From Bifidobacterium longum subsp. longum JCM 1217 (GTDB taxonomy: Bacteria > Actinomycetota > Actinomycetes > Actinomycetales > Bifidobacteriaceae): 32,000 nucleotides of DNA. The notes under the pieces were generated by a model. That model did no database searches. It saw only the letters and a program-made list of their open reading frames with translations, and had not been told where the DNA came from. The stretch spans positions 1,980,001-2,012,000 of the forward strand of contig NC_015067.1 of NCBI RefSeq assembly GCF_000196555.1, in the 5' to 3' direction. Shown here one piece after another: positions 17,943-26,586 of the stretch (the first letter of the stretch is position 1; each line of letters opens with the position of its first letter). The position numbers were made by a program, and so were the translations under genes.

Positions 17943-18320
17943 CTGAGGCACAATATACTGAACGGTCCGGCGCGATGCATACGCACAAAATCGACGGCGT
18001 TTCACGTGCGATATTGAACAGTTTTTGTTACGAGTTGTGCGAAATATCGAACAAATCCTCACTCTATCCGGCGATTTGGTACTTTTTGTTCACTTTTTAC
18101 CGAAAATCACATGCCTGCAAACAACACAATCCGAGAACTTTTTTAAAGTAAGTTTTCAAAAGCAATCATTTTCTCCACATTTCTAGAAAGTTGGTTTAAA
18201 AAAGTACCCAAAATCGCCTACAAATATACGATTGTTGCCTCATAACCTCCGCGTCGAGGCACATGAAAGCCACTTTCATAAAGTAAACTTGCATATATCT
18301 CATCGCACAAAGGGGTAAAC

Positions 18321-19514
18321 ATGAGGGCAATGCCATCGACCGCAGTGAAAGCGCACAACCGCAGTGCCATGGCCCAGTATCTGTATGGCCATAGCCATGT
18401 CACCAAGCAGGAACTGGAACGCGAACTCGGCCTCAGCCTGCCCACCATCACCCAAAATCTGCACGCACTAGAAGATGACGGACTCATCCGCAAAGGCGAA
18501 CTGCAGGATTCCACCGGCGGGCGCAAGGCGCAAAATTATGAGTTCAATCCCGATCATCGCACTGCCATCGGGGTAGTGATGCGGTCCAACGAACTGCGCC
18601 TGTGCGCGATTAACCTGTACGGCAACGTCATCGAAAAACGCAACGATGCCCTGCCTTACCGCAACACCAACGTTTACTACCAGCGTATCGGCGGCATCAT
18701 CAACAACTTCGCCGCCGACGTCGAAAAGAAGCACGGCAAGGTGCTCGGCGTCTCGTTCGCCATCCAAGGCATCCTCTCCCCCGACGCCACCACCATCATC
18801 TTCGGCACCATTATGGGCAACACTGGGCTCACGCTCGAAACCATCAGCCAATCGGTCCATTACCCGTGCATGATGATCCACGATTCCGATGCCTCAGCCA
18901 TGGCCGAACTCTGGTTCGACTCCACGCTCACCGATGCGGTGTGCGTCTATCTGGAGCGACGCCCGGGCGGCGCGGTGATCGCGGGGGGCAAACTGTATCA
19001 AGGCCCGAACCAGTGCAACGGCGCCATCGAACACATGACGCTGGTGCCGGGCGGCCGCGAATGCTACTGCGGCCAGCGCGGTTGCATGGACACCTACTGC
19101 TCGCCGGAGACCTTGCCCGAGGATTACGAAAGCATTCCCGGCTTCTTCAGCGTGCTTGAGCAGGGCGAACGGCATCATCGCGAGCGCATGGATGAGTGGC
19201 TGGATTACGTGGCGCAGGCCATCGTCAACGCGCGATCCATCATCGCGGGCGACGTGATTGTCGGCGGTGAAGCAGCCCAGCATCTTGAAGACAGCGACAT
19301 CGAGGATCTGAAGACGCGCGTCATCGCACGCAGCCCGTTCGGCACCGACCATTTCAATCTGCGCAAGAGCTACTGCGCCGAAGATCAGAACATCATCGGT
19401 GCCGCGTTGCGGTTCGCCGAGAATTATCTCGACGGCATCTGCGGTGCTGCGGAACGCGGCAGGAAATCAAGGGCTTCCACCAAAAGTGACAACACGTCTA
19501 CAATGGAGGTATGA
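18321..19514 (+). CDS. ROK-family transcriptional regulator (NagC/Mlc-like)
   Basis: 397-aa ORF with an N-terminal winged-HTH (VTKQELERELGLSLPTITQNLHALEDDGLI) and the ROK zinc motif CYCGQRGCMDTYCS. AAAGGGG lies upstream of the ATG. Confidence 0.85.
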   Translation: MRAMPSTAVKAHNRSAMAQYLYGHSHVTKQELERELGLSLPTITQNLHALEDDGLIRKGELQDSTGGRKAQNYEFNPDHRTAIGVVMRSNELRLCAINLYGNVIEKRNDALPYRNTNVYYQRIGGIINNFAADVEKKHGKVLGVSFAIQGILSPDATTIIFGTIMGNTGLTLETISQSVHYPCMMIHDSDASAMAELWFDSTLTDAVCVYLERRPGGAVIAGGKLYQGPNQCNGAIEHMTLVPGGRECYCGQRGCMDTYCSPETLPEDYESIPGFFSVLEQGERHHRERMDEWLDYVAQAIVNARSIIAGDVIVGGEAAQHLEDSDIEDLKTRVIARSPFGTDHFNLRKSYCAEDQNIIGAALRFAENYLDGICGAAERGRKSRASTKSDNTSTMEV

Positions 19515-22051
19515 AAAACCCACCGTTGCATCGTTACGCCACTCGCCCAGGGCTGTACTTCACTGACGACGGTGGGGCTGACGTCGTTGTTCGTTCCGAA
19601 ACTGCCGATCAGGTTTGGCTATGCGTACTGGAGCCCATTGATGAGCCCAGCGCTTTCTTCCAAGACGCCATCCGCCTGTTCGAGGACCCGAATATCTCCT
19701 TTATCCAGCAGATTCATGAGTTCCCGGTATGCACACGCATTATCGAACATTTGTATCTGCGCGAGACCTTGTTCCGCATGACCGGGCCGAACTACGGCCT
19801 GTGGTACGTGCACCTGCCCAAAGCATGGGACGGCATGCGTTATGGCTACCGCGTGGACGGCGCATGGGACCCGAAACACGGCGTGCGCTTCAATCCATAC
19901 AAATTCCTGCTTGACCCGTATGGCAAGGGCATCGACGGCTCCATGGAGCTCACCCCCGCCGCCTTCTCCTATGAATGCGATGTCGTGGACCGCAAGGTAA
20001 TCGGCTCGGCATACGGTGCCATGAGCACCGTAGACTCGCTCGGCCATATGCCGGTGTCCGTGGCCATCGACGATCGCGATACCCATAAGCATGAGGGCGA
20101 CCCGCAGCACCCGCATGTGCCGTGGCGCAAAACCGTCATCTATGAGATGCACGTCAAAGGCTTCACCGCCAACGCACCGTGGCTGCCCGAATCATTGCGC
20201 GGCACGTACGCCGGACTCGCACACCCCACCACGCTCGCCTATCTGCAGGGTCTAGGCATCACATCCATCGAACTGCTGCCGATTATGGCCAAGCAGGACG
20301 AGCTCTTCCTGCAAGAACACGGCCGCAAGAACTACTGGGGCTACTCCACCCTCAGCTACTTCGCCCCCGAACCCTCCTACGCCACTAAAGCCGCCCAGGA
20401 GAAGGGCGCGGCCGCCGTGCGCCAAGAAGTCATAGACATGGTGCGCGCACTGCACGAGGCCGGCTTCGAAGTCATCATGGACGTGGTCTACAACCACACA
20501 TGCGAAGGCGGCGTCGAAGGCCCGACGGTCTGCTGGCGCGGCCTCGACGACCTGGCCTACTATCGCCATCAAAAATCCAATACCGGCCGACTCGAAGACA
20601 CCACCGGTTGCGGCAATACGCTGGACTTCACCAACACGCATGTGGTCACCTTTGCCATCGACTCATTACGATACTGGGCCAAGCGTATCGGCATAGACGG
20701 TTTCCGCTTCGACCTTGGCGTCACGCTGGCCCGCCTGGAAGGCGAATTCACCCATCATCACCCGTTCCTCTACGCCCTGCGTTCCGATCTGCTGCTGGGC
20801 AACCTGAAGCTCATTATGGAGCCGTGGGATCTGGGCAACCTCGGCTGGCGCACCGGCCAATTCTCCGTGCCGTTCGCCGAATGGAATGACCGCTTCCGCG
20901 ATACGGCCCGCACCTTCTGGCTTGAGGATGTGGACGGCGGCTCCGATTTCGGGCGTATCAGTTTGCAGGAGATGGCCACGCGACTCTGCGGCTCGGCCGA
21001 TCTGTTCGCCACCGAACCAGGGCGTGGCGCTCCGGCCTCCATCAATTTCGTGTCCTGCCACGACGGTTTCACGCTGACGGACCTCACCAGATACCGCTCC
21101 AAGCACAATGAAGCCAACGGCGAAAACAATAATGATGGCTCGTCGGTGAACCATTCCGCCAATTTCGGCGTCGAAGGCGTCACCGATGATCCAGACGTCA
21201 TTGCGGCACGCGAACAGGCGGCCATGAACATGATCGGCATGCTGCTGCTCTCGCTGGGTACGCCGATGATGCTCGCCGGCGACGAATTCCGCAACACGCA
21301 GGACGGCAACAACAACGCCTACTGCCAAGACAACGACATCACGTGGCTGAAGTGGGATTGGATGTATTCCACCAACAAGACGCGCGAAATGCGCCGCTTG
21401 GAAACCGTGTCTCGACTGGTGGCGCTGCGTAAATCACTGGACCTGTATCACCACGAGGATTTCTTCACCCGACTGACCCAGATCGGCCTACTCAAGCCCT
21501 CAAGCCGCGTGCAGTGGTTCCTGCCCGACGGTACCACGCCGATGGAGCGTGACTGGTTCGATCTGGGCGTACGTAGCTTCACCATGCGATTGCTGTCCAA
21601 CAGTGAGGTGGACGTGTGCATTGTGGTCAACGGCACCGCTGACGACCGCACATTCCGCCTGCCGCCAGACACCCACTGGACGCCTAAATGGTGCTCGGCC
21701 GAAATCAACGGCCGCCGAGCCGGGCATGGCACTCAGGTCGAGGAATGCGATTTGAACGGTGACACCACCGTCTGGACGCAGCATGTACCGGACGCCAGCG
21801 AGACAGTACTCAAGATGGTCGAAGAAGTGGCCATGCAGCGTACGGAATCCTCGACTGAGAATGAAGCGGATACCATCAAATTCGCGATGCCAGTAACAGA
21901 TCACGCCGCAAACGGCACCTCGTCCGCGCCTCGGGATGAGGTATCAGCTGATATGCCCGATGCCCCTGTGGATGATACACCGGACACTCCCGTCGACGAC
22001 AATGTCTGGACCATGCCGGCGCTGAGCATCACGCTGATGAAGCAGGTGTGA
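19511..22051 (+). CDS. glgX: glycogen debranching enzyme (GH13, GlgX-type isoamylase)
   Basis: 846-aa ORF with the four GH13 regions [22 protein letters not shown] and FVSCHDGF, a CBM48-like N-terminus and an acidic low-complexity C-terminal tail. The ATG overlaps the ROK stop (ATGA). Confidence 0.92.
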   Translation: MKNPPLHRYATRPGLYFTDDGGADVVVRSETADQVWLCVLEPIDEPSAFFQDAIRLFEDPNISFIQQIHEFPVCTRIIEHLYLRETLFRMTGPNYGLWYVHLPKAWDGMRYGYRVDGAWDPKHGVRFNPYKFLLDPYGKGIDGSMELTPAAFSYECDVVDRKVIGSAYGAMSTVDSLGHMPVSVAIDDRDTHKHEGDPQHPHVPWRKTVIYEMHVKGFTANAPWLPESLRGTYAGLAHPTTLAYLQGLGITSIELLPIMAKQDELFLQEHGRKNYWGYSTLSYFAPEPSYATKAAQEKGAAAVRQEVIDMVRALHEAGFEVIMDVVYNHTCEGGVEGPTVCWRGLDDLAYYRHQKSNTGRLEDTTGCGNTLDFTNTHVVTFAIDSLRYWAKRIGIDGFRFDLGVTLARLEGEFTHHHPFLYALRSDLLLGNLKLIMEPWDLGNLGWRTGQFSVPFAEWNDRFRDTARTFWLEDVDGGSDFGRISLQEMATRLCGSADLFATEPGRGAPASINFVSCHDGFTLTDLTRYRSKHNEANGENNNDGSSVNHSANFGVEGVTDDPDVIAAREQAAMNMIGMLLLSLGTPMMLAGDEFRNTQDGNNNAYCQDNDITWLKWDWMYSTNKTREMRRLETVSRLVALRKSLDLYHHEDFFTRLTQIGLLKPSSRVQWFLPDGTTPMERDWFDLGVRSFTMRLLSNSEVDVCIVVNGTADDRTFRLPPDTHWTPKWCSAEINGRRAGHGTQVEECDLNGDTTVWTQHVPDASETVLKMVEEVAMQRTESSTENEADTIKFAMPVTDHAANGTSSAPRDEVSADMPDAPVDDTPDTPVDDNVWTMPALSITLMKQV

Positions 22052-22079
22052 GTCACACTCAAGACAGCGCGACACAAAC

Positions 22080-22117
22080 ACAAAGGCTCTCCGCGGAATT
22101 CCGCGGAGAGCCTTTGT
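22080..22117. terminator. bidirectional terminator hairpin between convergent glgX and rpsI
   Basis: Perfect 38-nt palindrome ACAAAGGCTCTCCGCGGAA|TTCCGCGGAGAGCCTTTGT. It lies 28 nt after the glgX stop and 24 nt after the rpsI stop, with short T-rich flanks on both strands. Confidence 0.8.
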
Positions 22118-22141
22118 ATGCTCGGTACAGGACAAGCGAAA

Positions 22142-22633
22142 TTAACGCTTGGAGAACTGCGGGGCGCGACGTGCCTTGTGCAGACCAGCCTTCTTGCGCT
22201 CCACGACGCGAGCGTCGCGGGTCAGGAAGCCAGCCTTCTTCAGGGCGGCGCGGTTGGCATCACGATCGATGGCGTTCAGAGCGCGGGCAACGCCGAGGCG
22301 GATGGCGCCGGCCTGGCCGGTGGTGCCGCCGCCGTCAACGAGGACGATAGCGTCGAACTTGCCTTCGAGCTTGAGCAGAACGATCGGGGAGTTGACCTCA
22401 CGCTGCAGCAGCTTGGAGGGGAAGTACTCCTCCAGAGTGCGGCCGTTGATGGTCCACTTGCCGTCACCCGGAACCAGACGGACACGGGCGACAGCCTCCT
22501 TGCGGCGACCGGTGCCGTAGCCCGGCTCAATCGCGGAGGTGCCGGTGCCAGCGCCAGCGTTGGTCTCGGTGGTGTAGTTGGTGAGCTCCTCTTCGGTCTC
22601 GACAACCTGGGAGTCGTTGGTGTTTTCAGCCAT
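22142..22633 (-). CDS. rpsI: 30S ribosomal protein S9
   Basis: 163-aa ORF with an acidic N-terminal extension followed by [14 protein letters not shown], ending [10 protein letters not shown]. Confidence 0.97.
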
Positions 22634-22655
22634 GATTCTTATCTCCTCTCAGGTT

Positions 22656-23105
22656 TCACTTGGCCTGCTGCGAGACCTGGGCGATCTCGAAGACCTGGGG
22701 CTTCTGCGGGGTGTGCGGGTGCTCGGCGCCACGGAAGATACGCAGGCGGTCGAGCTGCACCTTGGCCAGACGATTCTTCGGCAGCATGCCCTTGACAGCG
22801 TTCTTGATGATGCGCTCGGGGTTCTTCTCGAGCAGCTCGGCGTAGGAGTCACGACGCAGACCACCAGGACGGCCGGAGTGCGAGTAGAGTTCCTTGCCCA
22901 TCTTGTTGCCAGTCAGAGCAATCTTGTCGGCATTGATGATGATCACGTGGTTGCCGGAATCGGCGTGCGGAGCGTAGGTCGGCTTGTTCTTGCCGCGCAG
23001 CAGGATTGCAGCCTGGGTGGCGAGACGGCCGAGCACCACGTCGGTGGCGTCGATGACGTACCAGTCATGAGTCAGATCAGCTGGCTTCGGAGTGAAAGTT
23101 TTCAC
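22656..23105 (-). CDS. rplM: 50S ribosomal protein L13
   Basis: 149-aa ORF (GTG start) [42 protein letters not shown]. Confidence 0.97.
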   Translation of the reverse strand: MKTFTPKPADLTHDWYVIDATDVVLGRLATQAAILLRGKNKPTYAPHADSGNHVIIINADKIALTGNKMGKELYSHSGRPGGLRRDSYAELLEKNPERIIKNAVKGMLPKNRLAKVQLDRLRIFRGAEHPHTPQKPQVFEIAQVSQQAK

Positions 23106-23274
23106 TGGATTACCTTTTCTATATTGTGTTCCGGGTCTCAGCTGCTTGGTGTGGCTTGGTCAGGGCCGCATCCAAGAGGCGTCGAACCTCATTATCCGTG
23201 GGCTCCCTGAAAGTCCTCGATGGCGAGTGGGATAGCGCTTTGAAGGACCCCTTAGGGAAACACAACAATCCACT

Positions 23275-23303
23275 AGTATATCGCCGGGCTTGACATAGGG
23301 CAA
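23275..23303 (-). promoter_or_regulatory. candidate rplM-rpsI promoter
   Basis: Minus strand reads TTGCCC-17 nt-TATACT, about 165 nt upstream of the rplM GTG. This rests on the hexamers only. Confidence 0.3.
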
Positions 23304-23442
23304 CTGGGGACACTCCATTGGGTTTATGGCTTCTCTTCCCCTATTTATGGTTTCTCTCCCACCCACTTCGGCTAACCGACTCACCTACGGTGAGGCAATT
23401 CCCTGCCTTCTCTCAGCTATCGCTTCTTTCAGGCCTCGTCTA

Positions 23443-23465
23443 CGGACAGTCCACTGGACTGTCCG
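23443..23465 (-). repeat. palindromic hairpin, copy 2 (CGGACAGTCCA-C-TGGACTGTCCG)
   Basis: Arms are a perfect 11 bp. It lies 37 nt downstream of the malQ stop and has the same 17-nt core as 2232-2258. Confidence 0.8.
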
Positions 23466-23502
23466 CTTAACGACTCGGCTCGTCAGAGGGAGGTAAAGCG
23501 GG

Positions 23503-25668
23503 TCAGGAATTGAAGATTTGGGCGAAGCGTTGGGCACCGGGGGTGTCGAAGAGGGTTTCGAGCGGTACCACGTTGCCCTTGGCGTCGGCCAGTGGGATGC
23601 GCCAGTTCGGGTATTCGTTGTTGGTGCCCGGCTGGTTCTGCGCACGCTTCTCCCCCACCGCGTCGGTGATCGAGGCGGCGAGCAGCTTGCACGGCGAACC
23701 CTTCAGTGCGTGGTACAGCGCGTCGACGATATCCGCCTCGTGATCCTCACGATGTTCGGCAAAGTCGGCATCAAGATAACCCTGCTCGACCAGCATGGCC
23801 AGCATCGCATCCTGCTCGGCCTTGGCGGAGGCTTCGAATTCCTCGGCCGGGCCGGTCAGCAAGCCCAGACGCTCACGAATCTTGACGTGCTCGTATTCCA
23901 GGTAACCGGCGGCCGGCGGCAAATCGTGCGTATTCACGGAGGCCAATGCATACGGACGCCACTGGGAGGGGGCGCGGAACACGCCGTCGCACTGCTCGAA
24001 CCATTCAACGGCGCAACCGAGAATACCGTGGCTCGACAGGGAATCGGCCACATGGTCCGGCACCACGCCGAGGTCCTCACCTACGACCACGCCGCCGGCA
24101 CGAGAGGCCTCGATGGCCAGAACGCCCAGCATGATGTCTGAGTCGTAGTACACGTAAGCGCCATCCATAGCCGAACGGTTCTCGGGAATCCACCACAGGC
24201 GGAACAGACCAAGGATGTGATCGATGCGCACCGCACCGGCACGGGCGAACATGCCATGCACCATATTGCGGTAGGCCTCGTAGCCGGTGGTCTCCAGATT
24301 GATCGGGCTCAGCGGCGGCTGGCTCCAGTTCTGGCCTTGCTGGTTGAACATGTCCGGCGGTGCGCCGACCGTGGCTCCCTTGGCGAAGCGCTCGGGATTC
24401 CACCACACGTCAGCGCCGGAGGGGTGCACGCCGACGGCCATATCGGACATGATGCCGATATGCATGCCGGCGTCCTTGGCTGCCTGTTGGGCGGAGGACA
24501 GCTGCTCGGCGGCAATCCATTCCAGCCAGCGGTAGAAGTCCAAAGTGTCCGGGTACTGCTTGCGCAGATTGGCGATTTCCGGGGAGTTGCGATTGAACTT
24601 GCGCTCCCAGTTGCCCTCCTCGCCGTTGGGCGCCCCCCACTTGTCGTAGCACAGGCACCACGTGGCATACGCCTCCAAGTCGGAACCACAGTCCGCCTTG
24701 AATTGGTCGAATACGCTTTGGCGTTCGGCGGTACGGCCGGCCTTGAAGATAATCCACAGGGCGTGCATCTTGCTGCGCCACATGGCGTCACGGTCGATGA
24801 GCTGGGAATCACCGTTCAGCGGTTCGGTGTCGGCATGCAGTCCGTCGACGGCATTCTTGTCGCCCTCGCTGAGCGTGGCATATTCGGCGATCGCCTCAGG
24901 ACGGATGTACGTGAAGTTGATCAGGCGACGGCTTACCGGCAGATACGGCGACGGGGTGAGCGGGGACACCGGCTCGGCGGCATGCACCGGATTGATGAGC
25001 ACGAAGTCGGCACCGGTCTTCTGCTTGGCGTCCACCAGCATGGTCTTCAGATCCTCGTAATCGCCCACGCCCCAGGAGTTGGAGGAGCGAATCGAGTACA
25101 GCTGGGCCATCCAGCCCCACAGACTGCCGCCCTTCATCGGGTCAAGCAGATCGACGCGATCAGGTGCACTGATCAAAGTGGCGTCTTGCACACGGTCGGC
25201 GACCTTGACGTGCAGCGTATGGTAACCAATCGGCAGATCGGCGGGAATGACCACAGCCGCATTCGAAATGAACGTACCATCCAAGTCGTAGGCCTGGGAT
25301 CCATCTCCAGGACCAACTTCAATGGTGCCTTGATATGGCTCGCCATTCTCCAGCGTGATGCTCGCCGAAGGCACGTCCAGAATACCGGTGTTCACCAGCA
25401 CCCGGTCCTCGCTACCGGCGATATGCAGCACGGTGGGTGCCACCAATCGGGCGTAACGCTCGTTCAGAATGCGTCGGATGGCGATGAGTTGGGCGCTCTC
25501 GCTGGAGGCGTCGATGCCCAGCGCTGCCAGCACCTCGATCAGGACGTCATCGTCTATCTCGTGGTAGTCATGGCTCATGCCCAAATAACTCGTGCCGACA
25601 CCGACCAACTTGGCCAGTCGAATCAACGGACGGGCCAGACGCTCTTCACTCTCGGTAATCTCACTCAT
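23503..25668 (-). CDS. malQ: 4-alpha-glucanotransferase (amylomaltase, GH77)
   Basis: 721-aa ORF. The GH77-type catalytic region includes RIDHILGLFRLWWIP and VVGEDLGVVP, and there is a long actinobacterial-type N-terminal domain. Confidence 0.92.
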   Translation of the reverse strand: MSEITESEERLARPLIRLAKLVGVGTSYLGMSHDYHEIDDDVLIEVLAALGIDASSESAQLIAIRRILNERYARLVAPTVLHIAGSEDRVLVNTGILDVPSASITLENGEPYQGTIEVGPGDGSQAYDLDGTFISNAAVVIPADLPIGYHTLHVKVADRVQDATLISAPDRVDLLDPMKGGSLWGWMAQLYSIRSSNSWGVGDYEDLKTMLVDAKQKTGADFVLINPVHAAEPVSPLTPSPYLPVSRRLINFTYIRPEAIAEYATLSEGDKNAVDGLHADTEPLNGDSQLIDRDAMWRSKMHALWIIFKAGRTAERQSVFDQFKADCGSDLEAYATWCLCYDKWGAPNGEEGNWERKFNRNSPEIANLRKQYPDTLDFYRWLEWIAAEQLSSAQQAAKDAGMHIGIMSDMAVGVHPSGADVWWNPERFAKGATVGAPPDMFNQQGQNWSQPPLSPINLETTGYEAYRNMVHGMFARAGAVRIDHILGLFRLWWIPENRSAMDGAYVYYDSDIMLGVLAIEASRAGGVVVGEDLGVVPDHVADSLSSHGILGCAVEWFEQCDGVFRAPSQWRPYALASVNTHDLPPAAGYLEYEHVKIRERLGLLTGPAEEFEASAKAEQDAMLAMLVEQGYLDADFAEHREDHEADIVDALYHALKGSPCKLLAASITDAVGEKRAQNQPGTNNEYPNWRIPLADAKGNVVPLETLFDTPGAQRFAQIFNS

Positions 25669-25761
25669 AGCCCCAGTCTAACGCCGTTTGATTGCGCCAC
25701 ACCGTAAGAAAAATGCCATGATTCCGCCAAATTATGTACTTTTTACCCTCACATAGTGAGA

Positions 25762-25775
25762 TGTGAGCGCTCACA
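25762..25775. promoter_or_regulatory. LacI/GalR-type operator candidate upstream of malQ
   Basis: Perfect 14-bp palindrome TGTGAGCGCTCACA, 94-107 nt upstream of the malQ ATG. It is identical to the core of the idealised symmetric lac operator. Confidence 0.6.
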
Positions 25776-25835
25776 ATGGTGGACAGGGGGTGATTGCCGG
25801 CCAAATTTGCGCGGCAAAACACAGCAATAGTGTGC

Positions 25836-26579
25836 TTAGCGGCGGCTTTCCACGGCGTGCCGCACCTCGGCCGAGGGGTCGTTGGCCAATTTGGCAAGCA
25901 TCGCTTCGGACGTATTGGGGTTCAGTGCCACGGCACGGCGGACCATCGAAGAAAGCACCGCCGGTGCTCCCTCTTCGGATTCGGTGCCAAGTACGCCCAA
26001 GAAATCCAATGTCTCCGCATCCGCAGTGGGGTCCTGCGCACCCTCAAGCCGCATCTTCCAGCTGGTGCGCTTGTTTTTCAACGCCGTATCCCGGACCGCA
26101 GGCACCGGGTCCTTGGTCAGACGGCCGACCAGCCAATTCTTGTCGTCCCCGTTGGCGGCCACGGCTTGACGCACGGACGGTTCGGGGTCTTCGGAGAGTT
26201 TGACCAATACGTTCGGGAACGGCATGGTGTCGGCGAGGAACACACGATCGGCCACCGGGGTGTGCGGGTTGCCGGCCACAGCCTCCAAAAGTGCGGTGGC
26301 GCGGGAGAACGCCGCCTGATCGGCACGGTCAGGCAACGGCCGACGGGCGAATTCGGACAGTTCGGCCGGGTCGGTGGAATGGCGCAGACGCTCGTATGTA
26401 GCGGTCAGCGGTTCGAAATCCACCGGAGCGGCGGACTCGGCTGCGGACTGCGCGCCTTGGTCCTGCTGCTGGGCGTCCGTGTCGGTTGCAGTCTCGGCCG
26501 CGGCCTCGGTTGCGGCCTCGGTGGGCTGGGTCTGCTGGCTGGTGGTGTTCTCGTCGGTCATGATGCCCAGCTTAGTCAT
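25836..26579 (-). CDS. hypothetical protein with acidic N-terminus and LRV/HEAT-like repeats
   Basis: Repeated D/N-P-x3-VR-x2-A units: EDPEPSVRQAVAAN, KDPVPAVRDTALKN, NDPSAEVRHAVESR, plus GNPHTP and LNPNTS units. The start is uncertain. I use the ATG at 26579 (MTKLGIM...); the ATG at 26561 is equally possible. The track start at 26687 would overlap the upstream gene by 100 nt. Confidence 0.6.
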   Translation of the reverse strand: MTKLGIMTDENTTSQQTQPTEAATEAAAETATDTDAQQQDQGAQSAAESAAPVDFEPLTATYERLRHSTDPAELSEFARRPLPDRADQAAFSRATALLEAVAGNPHTPVADRVFLADTMPFPNVLVKLSEDPEPSVRQAVAANGDDKNWLVGRLTKDPVPAVRDTALKNKRTSWKMRLEGAQDPTADAETLDFLGVLGTESEEGAPAVLSSMVRRAVALNPNTSEAMLAKLANDPSAEVRHAVESRR

Positions 26580-26586
26580 ACAGGCG

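Noticed and set aside
17937-17952. TGTGACCTGAGGCACA upstream of adhE as a second LacI-type operator related to the malQ site.
   Set aside because: Only 5 of 8 positions per half-site are symmetric and the central spacing differs from the 14-bp malQ palindrome. It is too weak to call without a genome-derived motif model.
24217-25707. 496-aa plus-strand ORF opposite malQ. Similar antisense ORFs lie opposite the dehydrogenase (27401-28408), the LRV gene (25794-26612) and the capA-family gene (28383-29072).
   Set aside because: These are antisense shadows with low-complexity translations, and the sense-strand genes have clear family motifs.
25750-25782. Bipartite match CACATAGTGAG ... ACAATGGTGG shared, in the same order and strand, with the dinB upstream region (31388-31430).
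   Set aside because: Single 10-11-mer matches are expected many times by chance in 32 kb on both strands. The spacing differs (12 vs 22 nt). In the malQ region the second half is largely the operator flank plus a -10-like CACAAT. I estimate the joint occurrence as only borderline unexpected, so I do not claim a shared regulatory element.
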